NCBI GenBank assembly: GCA_934141555.1
Contig: CAKPCK010000001.1
Span: 3,163 to 67,162, forward strand
Reading direction: 5' to 3'
Source of the DNA: an uncultured Clostridia bacterium
Lineage (GTDB): Bacteria > Bacillota > Clostridia > TANB77 > CAG-508
Length of the DNA stretch: 64,000 nt
Part shown: positions 9,954-19,356 of the stretch, in pieces
Layout of the letters: the number at the start of each line of letters is the position of its first letter
Position numbering within the stretch: position 1 is the first letter of the stretch
Notes under the pieces: model-generated
Seen by the model: the letters and a program-made list of their open reading frames with translations, nothing else
Database searches by the model: none
What the model was told of the DNA's origin: nothing
Position numbers and translations under genes: made by a program

Positions 9954-10660
9954 ATATTGAAGAAATAAAAATATATATACTAATATTTTTTATATATGCA
10001 TTTGCTGGATGGGTAATGGAAACAACATCAATATCAATAAAAAACAAAAAGTTTGTAAATAGAGGATTTTTAATTGGGCCTGTTTGTCCAATTTATGGAT
10101 ATGGAGTAGTATTAGTAAGTTTATTATTACAGAAGTATCAAAATGATATTATAGTAACATTTTTTATGTCTATAATAATTTGTGGTTTTTTAGAGTATTT
10201 TACAAGCTATTTTATGGAAATAATATTTAAAGCAAGATGGTGGGATTATAGCAAAAGAAAATTTAATATTAATGGTAGAGTTTGTTTAGAAAATTTAGCA
10301 TTATTTGGAATAGCAAGTTGTGTAATAATATATGTTACAAATCCATTTATTATTAAATATTTAAGAATGATACCAAGTGTTGTACAAAATGTATTAATAG
10401 GAGCACTAGTAGCAATTCATTTGGTTGATAATATTGTATCATATAAAATTATACTTAACTTGAAAAAGGTATCAAATGAAATTAAAGATGATACAATTGA
10501 AATTTCAGAAAAAGTTAAGAATATTATACATAGTAAATCTAGACTATATAGAAGATTGGTAAATGCATTCCCTAATATAAAAGAAAAAGTTCAGTTTAAA
10601 AAATGGACTTTAAAAGAGAAACTAGAAGATATAAAAAAGAAAATAAAGAAAGAGGCTTAG
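9950..10660 (+). CDS. Putative ABC-transporter type IV / CmpB-like membrane protein (PF06541-like).
   Basis: FAGWVMETT...NRGFLIGPVCPIYGYG motif. ATGA start/stop overlap with the upstream gene. Confidence 0.65.
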   Translation: MNIEEIKIYILIFFIYAFAGWVMETTSISIKNKKFVNRGFLIGPVCPIYGYGVVLVSLLLQKYQNDIIVTFFMSIIICGFLEYFTSYFMEIIFKARWWDYSKRKFNINGRVCLENLALFGIASCVIIYVTNPFIIKYLRMIPSVVQNVLIGALVAIHLVDNIVSYKIILNLKKVSNEIKDDTIEISEKVKNIIHSKSRLYRRLVNAFPNIKEKVQFKKWTLKEKLEDIKKKIKKEA

Positions 10661-10673
10661 GCTTCTTTTTTTT
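10651..10673 (+). terminator. Rho-independent terminator.
   Basis: agaggc-ttag-gcttct hairpin followed by a T run. Confidence 0.6.
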
Positions 10674-10747
10674 GTTTTTAAATTAGAAAAAATTTATAGA
10701 TAAAAAGACTAATTATGACAATTTTAGAAAAATTGTTTGAATAATTA

Positions 10748-10777
10748 TTTACAAAAATAAAGCCAAAATGTTATAAT
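10748..10777 (+). promoter_or_regulatory. SigmaA-type promoter with extended -10.
   Basis: TTTACA, 18-nt spacer, TGtTATAAT, 35 nt upstream of the Big_2 gene start. Confidence 0.5.
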
Positions 10778-10812
10778 ATATTTAAGAGATTTTTACAAAG
10801 GAGGGGAATTAT

Positions 10813-13311
10813 ATGAGAAATAAAAAAGAAAAAGGTATTTCAATGATAGCATTAATTGTAACTATAATAGTTTTAATGATTTTAGCAGTAGTATCAATAC
10901 AAATATTGAGAAGTGACAATGGAATAATAAATCAAGCTAATAATGCAAAAAAAAGTAAAGTTGCAAGTGAAGAGATAGAATCAGTAAAATGGGCTGCAGC
11001 ACAAGCAACAGGAGATGAAGAAAATGAAGCAGGAATATTAACTAATGATAATGGAAAAGATTTAATAGATAAATATTTAAAAAAATATATTGATGAAAAA
11101 GCAGAAGCTTCAGATCAATTAGATTACACAATATACCAACCAGGAGAAGTAGTTGAAGGAAAAGATATAGGTTTAACAAATGATGTATTTGTTGTTAAAT
11201 TTAAAGAATCAGAAAACATTTATATTATAGATACAGATGGAAACGTACATAAAGATACAGGTGGTAATATAAGTGAAGAAATTGCTAAAAGAGATGGTAT
11301 TATATTATCAAATGATACTATGGAAGTAAATAATGAAACAACACATACAATAACGATAACGACAAATGCTAAAGATTTGAAAATAACAAATTCAAATGAT
11401 TCTGTTATAGAATTAACAGAAAAAACTGATAAACAAATAACATTTGTTGCAAAAGCAATAGGAAGATCTACAATAACTGTGGAAACAGAAAATGGAAAGA
11501 AAGCAAGATGTTATGTATTAGTACATCAAGAACCAAAAAAATTAACCCTTGATGTTACAAATATAATGTTCGATTTATCAGAAAATATTAAAGAACATCA
11601 AGTTACAGCAACAATAGAACCAACGACAACAAATTATAATACAGAAATAACATGGACAAGTAGTAATCCAAGTGTTGCAGAAGTAAATTCTAGTGGAAAT
11701 CCAGATGGACAATTAAAATCTACAGCAACAATAGTAGCAAAATCAAATGGTACAGCAACAATAACAGCTTCAACACCGAATGGAGTAACAGCAACATGTG
11801 AAGTAACAGTACATACAACTCCACAATCTATATCAATAAGTGGAACATTTGAATTAGATTTAAGTACTAATAATACTGAAAAATTAAATGTTGTATATAA
11901 TCCAATAACATCAGATTATAGAAATATAATAAAATGGACAAGCAGTGATACGAATGTAGCTCAAATAGACCAACAAGGAAATGTAACAGGAGTATCAAAT
12001 GGAACGACAACAATAACTGCTGAGACAGAAAATGGAAAAACAGCAACATGTGAAGTAATAGTACATACAACTCCAAAATCAATAACTTTAAATAAATCAT
12101 CATTGATGCTTGATATTTCAGTTAATAATGCTGAGACATTATCTGTAGCAAGTTATAATCCAGATACTTCAGATATAAAGAGAGGAATAACATGGTCAAG
12201 TAATAATGCAGGAGTTGCAACAGTAGATAGTTTAACAGGAAAAGTAACAGCAAAATCAAATGGAAATGCAACAATAACAGCCACAACAGAAAATGGAAAA
12301 ACAGCAACATGTGAAGTAACGGTACATACAAGTCCAACGAAAATAACAATATCAGGAAAAACAGCATTAGATATAAGTGGGATTAACGGAAATAAATCTG
12401 AAAGGTTAACTGTTAATTATGAACCAGTAACATCAGATATTTATAGAGATATTACATGGGAAACTAGTAATGCTGGAATTGTAACAGTTAGTGGAGGAAC
12501 AATAACAGGTACGGCAAATGGAAGTGCTACAATAAAAGCAACTACACAAAATGGAAAAAATGCTAGTTGTTCTGTAGCTGTACAAACATCAATATCAAGT
12601 ATTTCATTAAACCATACTAGTGTAACGTTAGATTTAGTTGGAACAAAAACAGTGCAATTGACAGCAACTATAAATCCAGGAAGTCATACAGAAGGATATC
12701 ATTGGACAACTTCAAACCAAAATGTTGCATCAGTAAGTAATAGTGGATATGTAACAGGTAAAGCAAATGGAAGTGTTACAATTAAAGCAGTAAGTTCAAG
12801 TGGTAAAGTTTCTGCAAGTTGTAGTATAACAGTAAAAACTTCTGTTGCTGTAGCTAGTAATAGTACTAAGTCATCATATTCACTAGAAGGTGGATATACT
12901 ACAACAGTATGTCATGAAGAAGAAAAACATTGTGTAGAAGGAAATTGTATTGCATGGGATAGAACATGTGTTGAGTATGAAGAAGACTTTTGGGGAGCTG
13001 TTAAATGTCATTTTTGGGATCAAAAATGTACAGAACATGAAATAGTATGTCATGATGATTGTGTAGATGAAGAAGATATATGGCACAGTGGTTATACAAG
13101 AATTTCATTTAATTTAAATACTTCTGTAGATACAAGTAAACTAAAATTATCTTGGAGTGGATCTAATTCAGTTTCAATAAGCAGTTTATCAAAGAGTGGT
13201 ACAAAATATTCTTTTACATTGTATAATGATTCTAGTAGTTATGCTAAAGGAAGTGTTACATTAGTATATAAAGATTCAAATGTAACATTATATACATGGA
13301 CAATAAAATAA
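10813..13311 (+). CDS. Large pilin-like surface protein: class-III-type signal, about 6 Big_2 (Ig-like) modules, and a Cys-rich C-terminal module.
   Basis: N-terminus MRNKKEKG-ISMIALIVTIIVLMILAVV. Modules of about 88 aa repeat, each ending ...NGK.A.C.V.V(H/Q/K)(T/Q). A 10-Cys segment reads CHEEEKHCVEGNCIAWDRTCVEYEEDFWGAVKCHFWDQKCTEHEIVCHDDC. Confidence 0.7.
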   Translation: MRNKKEKGISMIALIVTIIVLMILAVVSIQILRSDNGIINQANNAKKSKVASEEIESVKWAAAQATGDEENEAGILTNDNGKDLIDKYLKKYIDEKAEASDQLDYTIYQPGEVVEGKDIGLTNDVFVVKFKESENIYIIDTDGNVHKDTGGNISEEIAKRDGIILSNDTMEVNNETTHTITITTNAKDLKITNSNDSVIELTEKTDKQITFVAKAIGRSTITVETENGKKARCYVLVHQEPKKLTLDVTNIMFDLSENIKEHQVTATIEPTTTNYNTEITWTSSNPSVAEVNSSGNPDGQLKSTATIVAKSNGTATITASTPNGVTATCEVTVHTTPQSISISGTFELDLSTNNTEKLNVVYNPITSDYRNIIKWTSSDTNVAQIDQQGNVTGVSNGTTTITAETENGKTATCEVIVHTTPKSITLNKSSLMLDISVNNAETLSVASYNPDTSDIKRGITWSSNNAGVATVDSLTGKVTAKSNGNATITATTENGKTATCEVTVHTSPTKITISGKTALDISGINGNKSERLTVNYEPVTSDIYRDITWETSNAGIVTVSGGTITGTANGSATIKATTQNGKNASCSVAVQTSISSISLNHTSVTLDLVGTKTVQLTATINPGSHTEGYHWTTSNQNVASVSNSGYVTGKANGSVTIKAVSSSGKVSASCSITVKTSVAVASNSTKSSYSLEGGYTTTVCHEEEKHCVEGNCIAWDRTCVEYEEDFWGAVKCHFWDQKCTEHEIVCHDDCVDEEDIWHSGYTRISFNLNTSVDTSKLKLSWSGSNSVSISSLSKSGTKYSFTLYNDSSSYAKGSVTLVYKDSNVTLYTWTIK

Positions 13312-13328
13312 TAAAAGGAGAAAATCAA

Positions 13329-13988
13329 ATGAAAAAAAGTAAAACGATAATTACTATATTAACAATATTATTAATTATAAGCATAATTTCAATAATATTT
13401 CTAATTTTAAAAATGAATAAAAATAACAAAACTAATTTGAATCAGGAATTCTCTAAAGACGCATTTCAATTTAAGTATGACTATGAGGATTTAAACGGCA
13501 TCCAAAATTCATCAGGAAATACATATAATACCGTAAATATAGATATAAATAATCCAATTCAATATGTTGATCTAGAAAAATTAGTTAATGTTATAGATAC
13601 AGAAAATGCAATTATTTATATAAGTAGTCCAACATGTCCATATTGTAGAGCAACAGTAGAGATTTTATTAGAGACAGCAAAAGAATTAAATATAGAAAAG
13701 ATATATTATTATGATGCTTTTAAGGAAAGAAGTATTGCTAATTATGATGAATTAATGAAAAAACTAGAAGATAAAGAAATTGTAACTTTTGGGGAAGATA
13801 TGAAATATTCATGGGGAATACCATTACTTATAGAAACTAGAGATGGAGAAGTTGTTTCGAAAGTTAGTGGCGTAACATATAAATTAAATGAAGGCCAATC
13901 AAAATATGATTCTGTAACTGATGAACAAAAAAAGATAGTACATGATAGATATTATCAAAACTTAAAAAATTATTTAAATGAAAATTAA
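13329..13988 (+). CDS. Membrane-anchored thioredoxin-fold protein (CPYC motif).
   Basis: ATG at 13329 lies 8 nt after AAGGAG. N-terminal TM anchor and IYISSPTCPYCR active-site-like motif. Confidence 0.65.
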   Translation: MKKSKTIITILTILLIISIISIIFLILKMNKNNKTNLNQEFSKDAFQFKYDYEDLNGIQNSSGNTYNTVNIDINNPIQYVDLEKLVNVIDTENAIIYISSPTCPYCRATVEILLETAKELNIEKIYYYDAFKERSIANYDELMKKLEDKEIVTFGEDMKYSWGIPLLIETRDGEVVSKVSGVTYKLNEGQSKYDSVTDEQKKIVHDRYYQNLKNYLNEN

Positions 13989-14036
13989 TTTATAAAAGAA
14001 AGCTAAGTGTGTGACTAAATGTCAACAATTTAGGAG

Positions 14037-14073
14037 AAAGAAGAAGTTTTTATATAAAATTTCTTCTTTTTTG
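14037..14073 (+). terminator. Rho-independent terminator.
   Basis: aaagaagaagtttt / aaaatttcttcttt stem with a tatat loop, then a T run. Confidence 0.7.
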
Positions 14074-14311
14074 ATATATAAATGAAAAAAGAAATTGTCT
14101 ATATTTAGTTGATACATACAATAATTTATAAAGTTAAATGCAGTACTTGTAAATTTAATGGCAATATAGTAAAATAAAAGTATGCTTAAAGTTCAGTTAA
14201 TATGAAGAATGAAATAATAGCATTGTCAGTAACTATTGAAATATTATTAATGTTAACTATTATTAGATATAATTGAAATCAGAATGAATATATGGTAGGA
14301 AGTGGAAAGTT

Positions 14312-16102
14312 ATGTTTAACATTGAAGAACAATTAAAAATGTTACCAGATAAACCTGGAGTATATATAATGCATGATGCAGATGACAAAATAATATATGT
14401 AGGAAAAGCTGTTAATCTAAAAAGAAGAGTAAAATCTTATTTTAGAAAAACAGATAAAACTGAAAGAATAAAAAGAATGGTATCATTAATAGACCATTTT
14501 GAATACATAGTTGTTGATAATGAAGCAGAAGCATTAATATTAGAATGTAATTTAATAAAGAAAAATAGACCTAAATTTAATGTATTATTAAAAGATGATA
14601 AAACATATCCATATATAAAAATAGATATAAAATCAGATTATCCAAATGTGACAATAACAAGAAAAATAATAAATGATGGTTCAAAATATTTTGGACCATA
14701 TGCAAATCCTGGAGCAGCAAAAGAAATGCTTGATTTTATAAAACAAAAATATAAAATTAGACAATGTAAAAATTTCAGGTCTGAAACAAGAGCCTGTTTA
14801 AATTATCATATAAATAGATGTTTAGGTCCATGTATGGGATATGTTTCAAAAGAAGATTACAGAAAACAAATTGATGAAATAATAGACATCCTTGATGGAA
14901 AAGTTGATAAAGTATTAAAAGAACTTGAAAAACAAATGATTGAAGAGTCAAGTAAAATGAACTTTGAACAAGCCGCATATATAAGAGATAGAATGTTAGC
15001 GATACAAAGAGTTAATGAAAAACAAAAAGTATCAAATATAACAGAAAATAATATAGATGTAATAGGAATTGCAAAATCTGAAATTGAGGTATGTGTTGAA
15101 ATATTTTTTGTTAGAGGAAGCAAAATGGTAGGAAGAGAACATTACTTTTTTCAAGACATAAGAGAAATGGAAGACAAAGAAATAATTTCAGGGTTTATCA
15201 AACAATATTATATAGATAGTCAAAATTTACCTAATAAAATAATGGTAAGAGAAGAACTAGAAGATCAACAAGCAATAGAACAATGGCTAAGTAAAGAAGC
15301 TGGAAGAAAAGTAGAAATAAAAGCACCTAAAAAAGGTGAAAAATTAAGATTTGTAGAGATGGCTGATAATAATGCTAAAATTACGCTTGAAAATAAAGAA
15401 AGAGATAGAAGTGAGATTTTAGTTGAATTAAAAGAAGTATTGGGATTAGATAAGTTACCAAGAAAAATTGAAACATTTGATATATCAAATATTTCAGGAG
15501 AATATATGGTAGCTGGAATGTGTGTAATGGTTGATGGAACAATAAAAAGAAACATGTCAAGAAGATTTAAAATAAAAACAGTTTTAACACAAGATGATCC
15601 AAAATGTATGCAAGAAGTAGTAACACGCAGGTTAAAACATTCAATTGATAATAGTAGTTCATCAGGCTTTGGAAAGTTACCAGATGCGATATTTGCAGAT
15701 GGAGGAATTACACAAATAAGAGCAATAAAACAAGCTGTAAAATCATTAGAATTAGATATTCCTGTATTTGGTATGGTAAAAAATGATAAACACCAAACAA
15801 GAGCATTAATAAATGAACAAAGACAAGAATTTGAAATATCAGAAAATTTGATGAATTTAATTACAAAATTTCAAGATGAAGTACATGATACAGCAATTTC
15901 TTATCATAGAAAATTAAGAGATGAATCAATAACAAAATCAGAATTAGATGATATAAAAGGTATTGGTGAAGCAAAGAAAAAAGCATTATTAAAATATTTT
16001 GGAAGTGTTGAAAAAATTAGAAATTCTTCAATAGAAGAACTTATAAAAGTAAATGGAATTAATAAAGAATTAGCCAAAAATATATTAGAACAATTAAATT
16101 AA
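14312..16102 (+). CDS. uvrC: Excinuclease ABC subunit C.
   Basis: GIY-YIG N-terminus (PGVYIMHDADDKIIYVGKAVNLKRRV), UvrBC-interaction region, RNase H-like endonuclease domain and C-terminal HhH. Confidence 0.95.
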   Translation: MFNIEEQLKMLPDKPGVYIMHDADDKIIYVGKAVNLKRRVKSYFRKTDKTERIKRMVSLIDHFEYIVVDNEAEALILECNLIKKNRPKFNVLLKDDKTYPYIKIDIKSDYPNVTITRKIINDGSKYFGPYANPGAAKEMLDFIKQKYKIRQCKNFRSETRACLNYHINRCLGPCMGYVSKEDYRKQIDEIIDILDGKVDKVLKELEKQMIEESSKMNFEQAAYIRDRMLAIQRVNEKQKVSNITENNIDVIGIAKSEIEVCVEIFFVRGSKMVGREHYFFQDIREMEDKEIISGFIKQYYIDSQNLPNKIMVREELEDQQAIEQWLSKEAGRKVEIKAPKKGEKLRFVEMADNNAKITLENKERDRSEILVELKEVLGLDKLPRKIETFDISNISGEYMVAGMCVMVDGTIKRNMSRRFKIKTVLTQDDPKCMQEVVTRRLKHSIDNSSSSGFGKLPDAIFADGGITQIRAIKQAVKSLELDIPVFGMVKNDKHQTRALINEQRQEFEISENLMNLITKFQDEVHDTAISYHRKLRDESITKSELDDIKGIGEAKKKALLKYFGSVEKIRNSSIEELIKVNGINKELAKNILEQLN

Positions 16103-16206
16103 TAAAAATTTGTAATATATTGCGATGAAAATAGAAAGTAAATTATGAATATTTAGAAAAATTTCACATATAAATATTAAGGACAAGTATTTTGGGAGGT
16201 TTGTAT

Positions 16207-16332
16207 ATGAAATTTTTGAAAAAACATAAGATGCTTTCTTTTATTATGGCAACATTTATTGTTCTATCAGGTGCTAATTTTATTATGATTTATGAATTAG
16301 TAAAAATTGGAGTAAAATTAGCAACATTATGA
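16207..16332 (+). CDS. Small hydrophobic protein (41 aa), not in the ORF track.
   Basis: ATG lies 7 nt after GGGAGG. Sequence MKFLKKHKMLSFIMATFIVLSGANFIMIYELVKIGVKLATL, with one predicted TM. Confidence 0.4.
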   Translation: MKFLKKHKMLSFIMATFIVLSGANFIMIYELVKIGVKLATL

Positions 16333-16418
16333 AAATTAGATTGACATTAAAAAGTAAAAGTGATAAATTAAATATGTAAGTTGGAAGTTCCACTAAGTCT
16401 TTGAAGGGGGTAACTTAT

Positions 16419-16718
16419 ATGACTTTACAAGAACTGCAAAAAGAAATTTTCGAAAACAAAAAACGGCATGGTTTTAACACAACAGATATGAATGAAGAAT
16501 TTTGTCATCTTATTGCAGAAGTCGGAGAAGCATATGATGCTTGGTTCAGAGGAAAAGACACATTTGCAGAAGAACTTGCAGATGTAGCAATTTTCATGTT
16601 GGGGATTGCTGAAATGAAAGGCATTGATCTTCAAAAAGAAATTGAAAGAAAAGAAAAAATCAATGAAAGCAGAGAATGTGTTACTAATGAATTAGGCCAC
16701 CGTGTACACAAAACATAA
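16419..16718 (+). CDS. MazG-like nucleotide pyrophosphohydrolase domain protein.
   Basis: EVGEAYDAW and ELADVAIFMLGIAE helices are typical of small MazG/YpjD-like proteins. ATG at 16419 follows GAAGGGGG. Confidence 0.6.
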   Translation: MTLQELQKEIFENKKRHGFNTTDMNEEFCHLIAEVGEAYDAWFRGKDTFAEELADVAIFMLGIAEMKGIDLQKEIERKEKINESRECVTNELGHRVHKT

Positions 16719-16814
16719 ATATAAGAGCATTATTTTTTGATAAAAATTTATCGAAAAATAGTGCTCATTTTATTTTTCTATATCATAAAATATTTTAGGA
16801 GGATAAGGTTGAAA

Positions 16815-17654
16815 ATGAGAGGATTATGTTTTTGTGGAGGAGGTATAAAAGCCGCATCACACATAGGTGCACTTAAAGCATTAGAAGAAAAAAATATAAA
16901 ATTTGATTGTGTATCTGGTGCATCATCTGGAAGTATTATAGCTACATTATATGCACTTGGATATAATAGTGATGAAATGTGGAAAATGTTTCAAAAATAT
17001 TATAAAAGAATAAAATATGCAGAATGGAAGCAAATATTCAAATTGATTTTAGGGTTATTATTTAAAGGTGAATTAGTAATTGATGGTTTAAATAGTGGAA
17101 AAAGTATTGAAAAAATAATGAATGAAATATGTAGAAAGAGTCATATTGAAAATATAAATCAAATAAAAATGCCATTATTTATTTCTATGGTAGATTTACA
17201 AACAGGAACTGTATATATTGCATCATCTAATGAAAATAGAACACAATTATTAGATGATACTCAATATATAACAGATATACCTATAAGTACAGCTGTAAGA
17301 GCAAGTTGCAGTTTTCCAGTAGTATTTTCTCCTTGTAAATTTGAAAATATACAATTAATAGATGGAGGAACTCGCGAGAATCTACCTTGGAAATGTTTGA
17401 GAGATATTGGTGCAGATGAAATTATAGGAATATGTTTTGAAACAATTCATAAAAAAGAATGTTGTAAAAATATTATAGAAGTTGCAACTAGAGCAATGGA
17501 ACTACAAGGAAGGGAATTATCAGCATATGAAAAAAATGGAATTGATAAATTAATAACAATTAATTTGAAAAAAACATCTTTGCTAGATTCTGAAAATATT
17601 TATGAATTATATAAACAAGGATATATGCAAGCAAAAAAATACCTTGAAAAATAA
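16815..17654 (+). CDS. Patatin-like phospholipase.
   Basis: GGGIKAASHIG oxyanion motif, GASSGS nucleophile elbow and a DGG catalytic Asp motif. ATG at 16815 follows AGGAGG. Confidence 0.85.
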   Translation: MRGLCFCGGGIKAASHIGALKALEEKNIKFDCVSGASSGSIIATLYALGYNSDEMWKMFQKYYKRIKYAEWKQIFKLILGLLFKGELVIDGLNSGKSIEKIMNEICRKSHIENINQIKMPLFISMVDLQTGTVYIASSNENRTQLLDDTQYITDIPISTAVRASCSFPVVFSPCKFENIQLIDGGTRENLPWKCLRDIGADEIIGICFETIHKKECCKNIIEVATRAMELQGRELSAYEKNGIDKLITINLKKTSLLDSENIYELYKQGYMQAKKYLEK

Positions 17655-17705
17655 GGAAAAATATAGTATAATTGCAAAAGAAAAAATAGAAAGAGAAGGT
17701 AATAT

Positions 17706-18569
17706 ATGAATATAGCAAATAATTGGAATGATTATAAAATATTAGACATGGCAGACGGACAAAAATTAGAAAAATGGGGAGATGTAATATTATCAAGACC
17801 AGATCCACAAATAATATGGAAAGACAAATCATACCCAGAAAAATGGAAAAATATAAATGCAACATATCATAGAAGTAAAACAGGTGGAGGAGCTTGGGAA
17901 TACAATAAAAAAATGCCACAACAATGGCAAATAAAATATAAAGATTTAACATTTAATATAAAACCAATGGGATTTAAACATACTGGTCTATTTCCAGAGC
18001 AAGCTGTTAATTGGGATTGGATGATGGATAAAATAAAAAATGCGAAAAGGGAAATAAAAGTATTAAATTTATTTGCATATACAGGAGGAGCAACAGTAGC
18101 TTGTAGTGCAGCAGGTGCATCAGTTTGTCATGTTGATAGTTCAAAAGGAATGGTAACATGGGCAAAAGAAAATATAGCATCATCAGGGTTAGCTGAAAGA
18201 CCAGTAAGATATATAATAGATGATGTTGTGAAATTTGTTAATCGTGAAATACGTAGAGGAAATAAATATGATGCAATAATAATGGATCCACCATCATATG
18301 GAAGAGGTGCAAATGGAGAAGTTTGGCAATTTGAAAATAATATTTATGATTTGGTAGAATTATGTACAAAAGTATTATCAGATAATCCATTATTTTTCTT
18401 GATAAATTCATATACTACAGGAATTTCAAGTAAAGTTCTAGAAAATATATTAAATTTAACTGTTAATAAAGAACATAATGGAAAAGTTTCTTCAGGAGAA
18501 ATTGGATTGCCAATGGAAAATTCAAAATTGGTGTTACCTTGTGGAATATATGGTCGTTGGGAGAAATAA
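17706..18569 (+). CDS. Class I SAM-dependent methyltransferase (RlmI/YwbD-like, PF10672-type).
   Basis: LNLFAYTGGATVA SAM-binding motif and IIMDPPSYGRG. Confidence 0.75.
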   Translation: MNIANNWNDYKILDMADGQKLEKWGDVILSRPDPQIIWKDKSYPEKWKNINATYHRSKTGGGAWEYNKKMPQQWQIKYKDLTFNIKPMGFKHTGLFPEQAVNWDWMMDKIKNAKREIKVLNLFAYTGGATVACSAAGASVCHVDSSKGMVTWAKENIASSGLAERPVRYIIDDVVKFVNREIRRGNKYDAIIMDPPSYGRGANGEVWQFENNIYDLVELCTKVLSDNPLFFLINSYTTGISSKVLENILNLTVNKEHNGKVSSGEIGLPMENSKLVLPCGIYGRWEK

Positions 18570-18570
18570 T

Positions 18571-19257
18571 ATGAATAAATTAAATGTAATATATGAAGAC
18601 AATCACATAATAGTTGTAGAAAAGCAACCAAATATTCCATCACAAGCAGACAAAACAGAAGATATAGATATGCTTACAATTATAAAAGAATATATAAAAG
18701 AAAAATATAATAAACCAGGAAATGTTTATTTAGGATTAGTTCATAGGCTAGATAGACCTGTTGGTGGAGTTATGGTATTTGCAAAAACATCAAAAGCGGC
18801 ATCAAGATTAAGTGATCAAGTAAGAGAAAAAATATTTAAAAAGAAATATTTAGCTGTTGTAGATGGAAAGTTTGAGCAAAATAAAGGGACTTTAGAAGAT
18901 TATTTATATAAAGATGAAAGAAATAATATAAGTAAAGTTGTAAATAAAGATAAGAAAAATGCTAAATTAGCTAAACTAGACTATGAAGTTTTAGCATATA
19001 ATGAAGTGAAGAATTTATCATTAGTAAGAGTAAACTTACATACAGGTAGACATCACCAAATAAGAGTACAATTATCACATGCAGGACATAGCATATTTGG
19101 AGATCAAAAATATGGAACAAGAGGGCAAGGAAAACAAATAGCATTATGGGCTTATGAACTTACAATAGAACATCCAATAACAAAGGAAGAAATGACATTT
19201 AAATGTTTGCCAGAAAGTAATGGAACTTGGTGTATTTTAAGAGATGTTAATATATAA
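18571..19257 (+). CDS. RluA-family pseudouridine synthase.
   Basis: HRLDRPVGG catalytic motif and GRHHQIR. ATG at 18571 lies 1 nt after the upstream stop. Confidence 0.85.
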   Translation: MNKLNVIYEDNHIIVVEKQPNIPSQADKTEDIDMLTIIKEYIKEKYNKPGNVYLGLVHRLDRPVGGVMVFAKTSKAASRLSDQVREKIFKKKYLAVVDGKFEQNKGTLEDYLYKDERNNISKVVNKDKKNAKLAKLDYEVLAYNEVKNLSLVRVNLHTGRHHQIRVQLSHAGHSIFGDQKYGTRGQGKQIALWAYELTIEHPITKEEMTFKCLPESNGTWCILRDVNI

Positions 19258-19287
19258 GAGATAGAATGATAAAATAGAATCAAAGTA

Positions 19288-19316
19288 TTGATTTTTCACA
19301 CTTTTTAGAGTATAAT
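19288..19316 (+). promoter_or_regulatory. SigmaA-type promoter of the alaS-like gene.
   Basis: TTGATT, 17-nt spacer, TATAAT, 40 nt upstream of the ATG. Confidence 0.6.
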
Positions 19317-19356
19317 AAAATCCGTAAAAAGTGGAATTAGATAGGAGAAAAATAAA

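Noticed and set aside
14074-14311. LexA (SOS) box upstream of uvrC.
   Set aside because: No GAAC-N4-GTTC-type palindrome is seen in the 240-nt intergenic region.
16815-17654. Patatin-like phospholipase considered as a CBASS or other defence effector.
   Set aside because: No cyclase, nucleotidyltransferase or other defence-associated partner is adjacent. The neighbours are housekeeping RNA-modification genes.
17560-17952. 130-aa minus-strand ORF spanning the patatin / methyltransferase junction.
   Set aside because: It overlaps two well-supported plus-strand genes. The product is a hydrophobic low-complexity sequence typical of antisense AT-rich frames.
19258-19356. T-box riboswitch upstream of alaS.
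   Set aside because: The intergenic region is only about 100 nt, and the promoter lies 40 nt from the start. No specifier or T-box sequence is visible.
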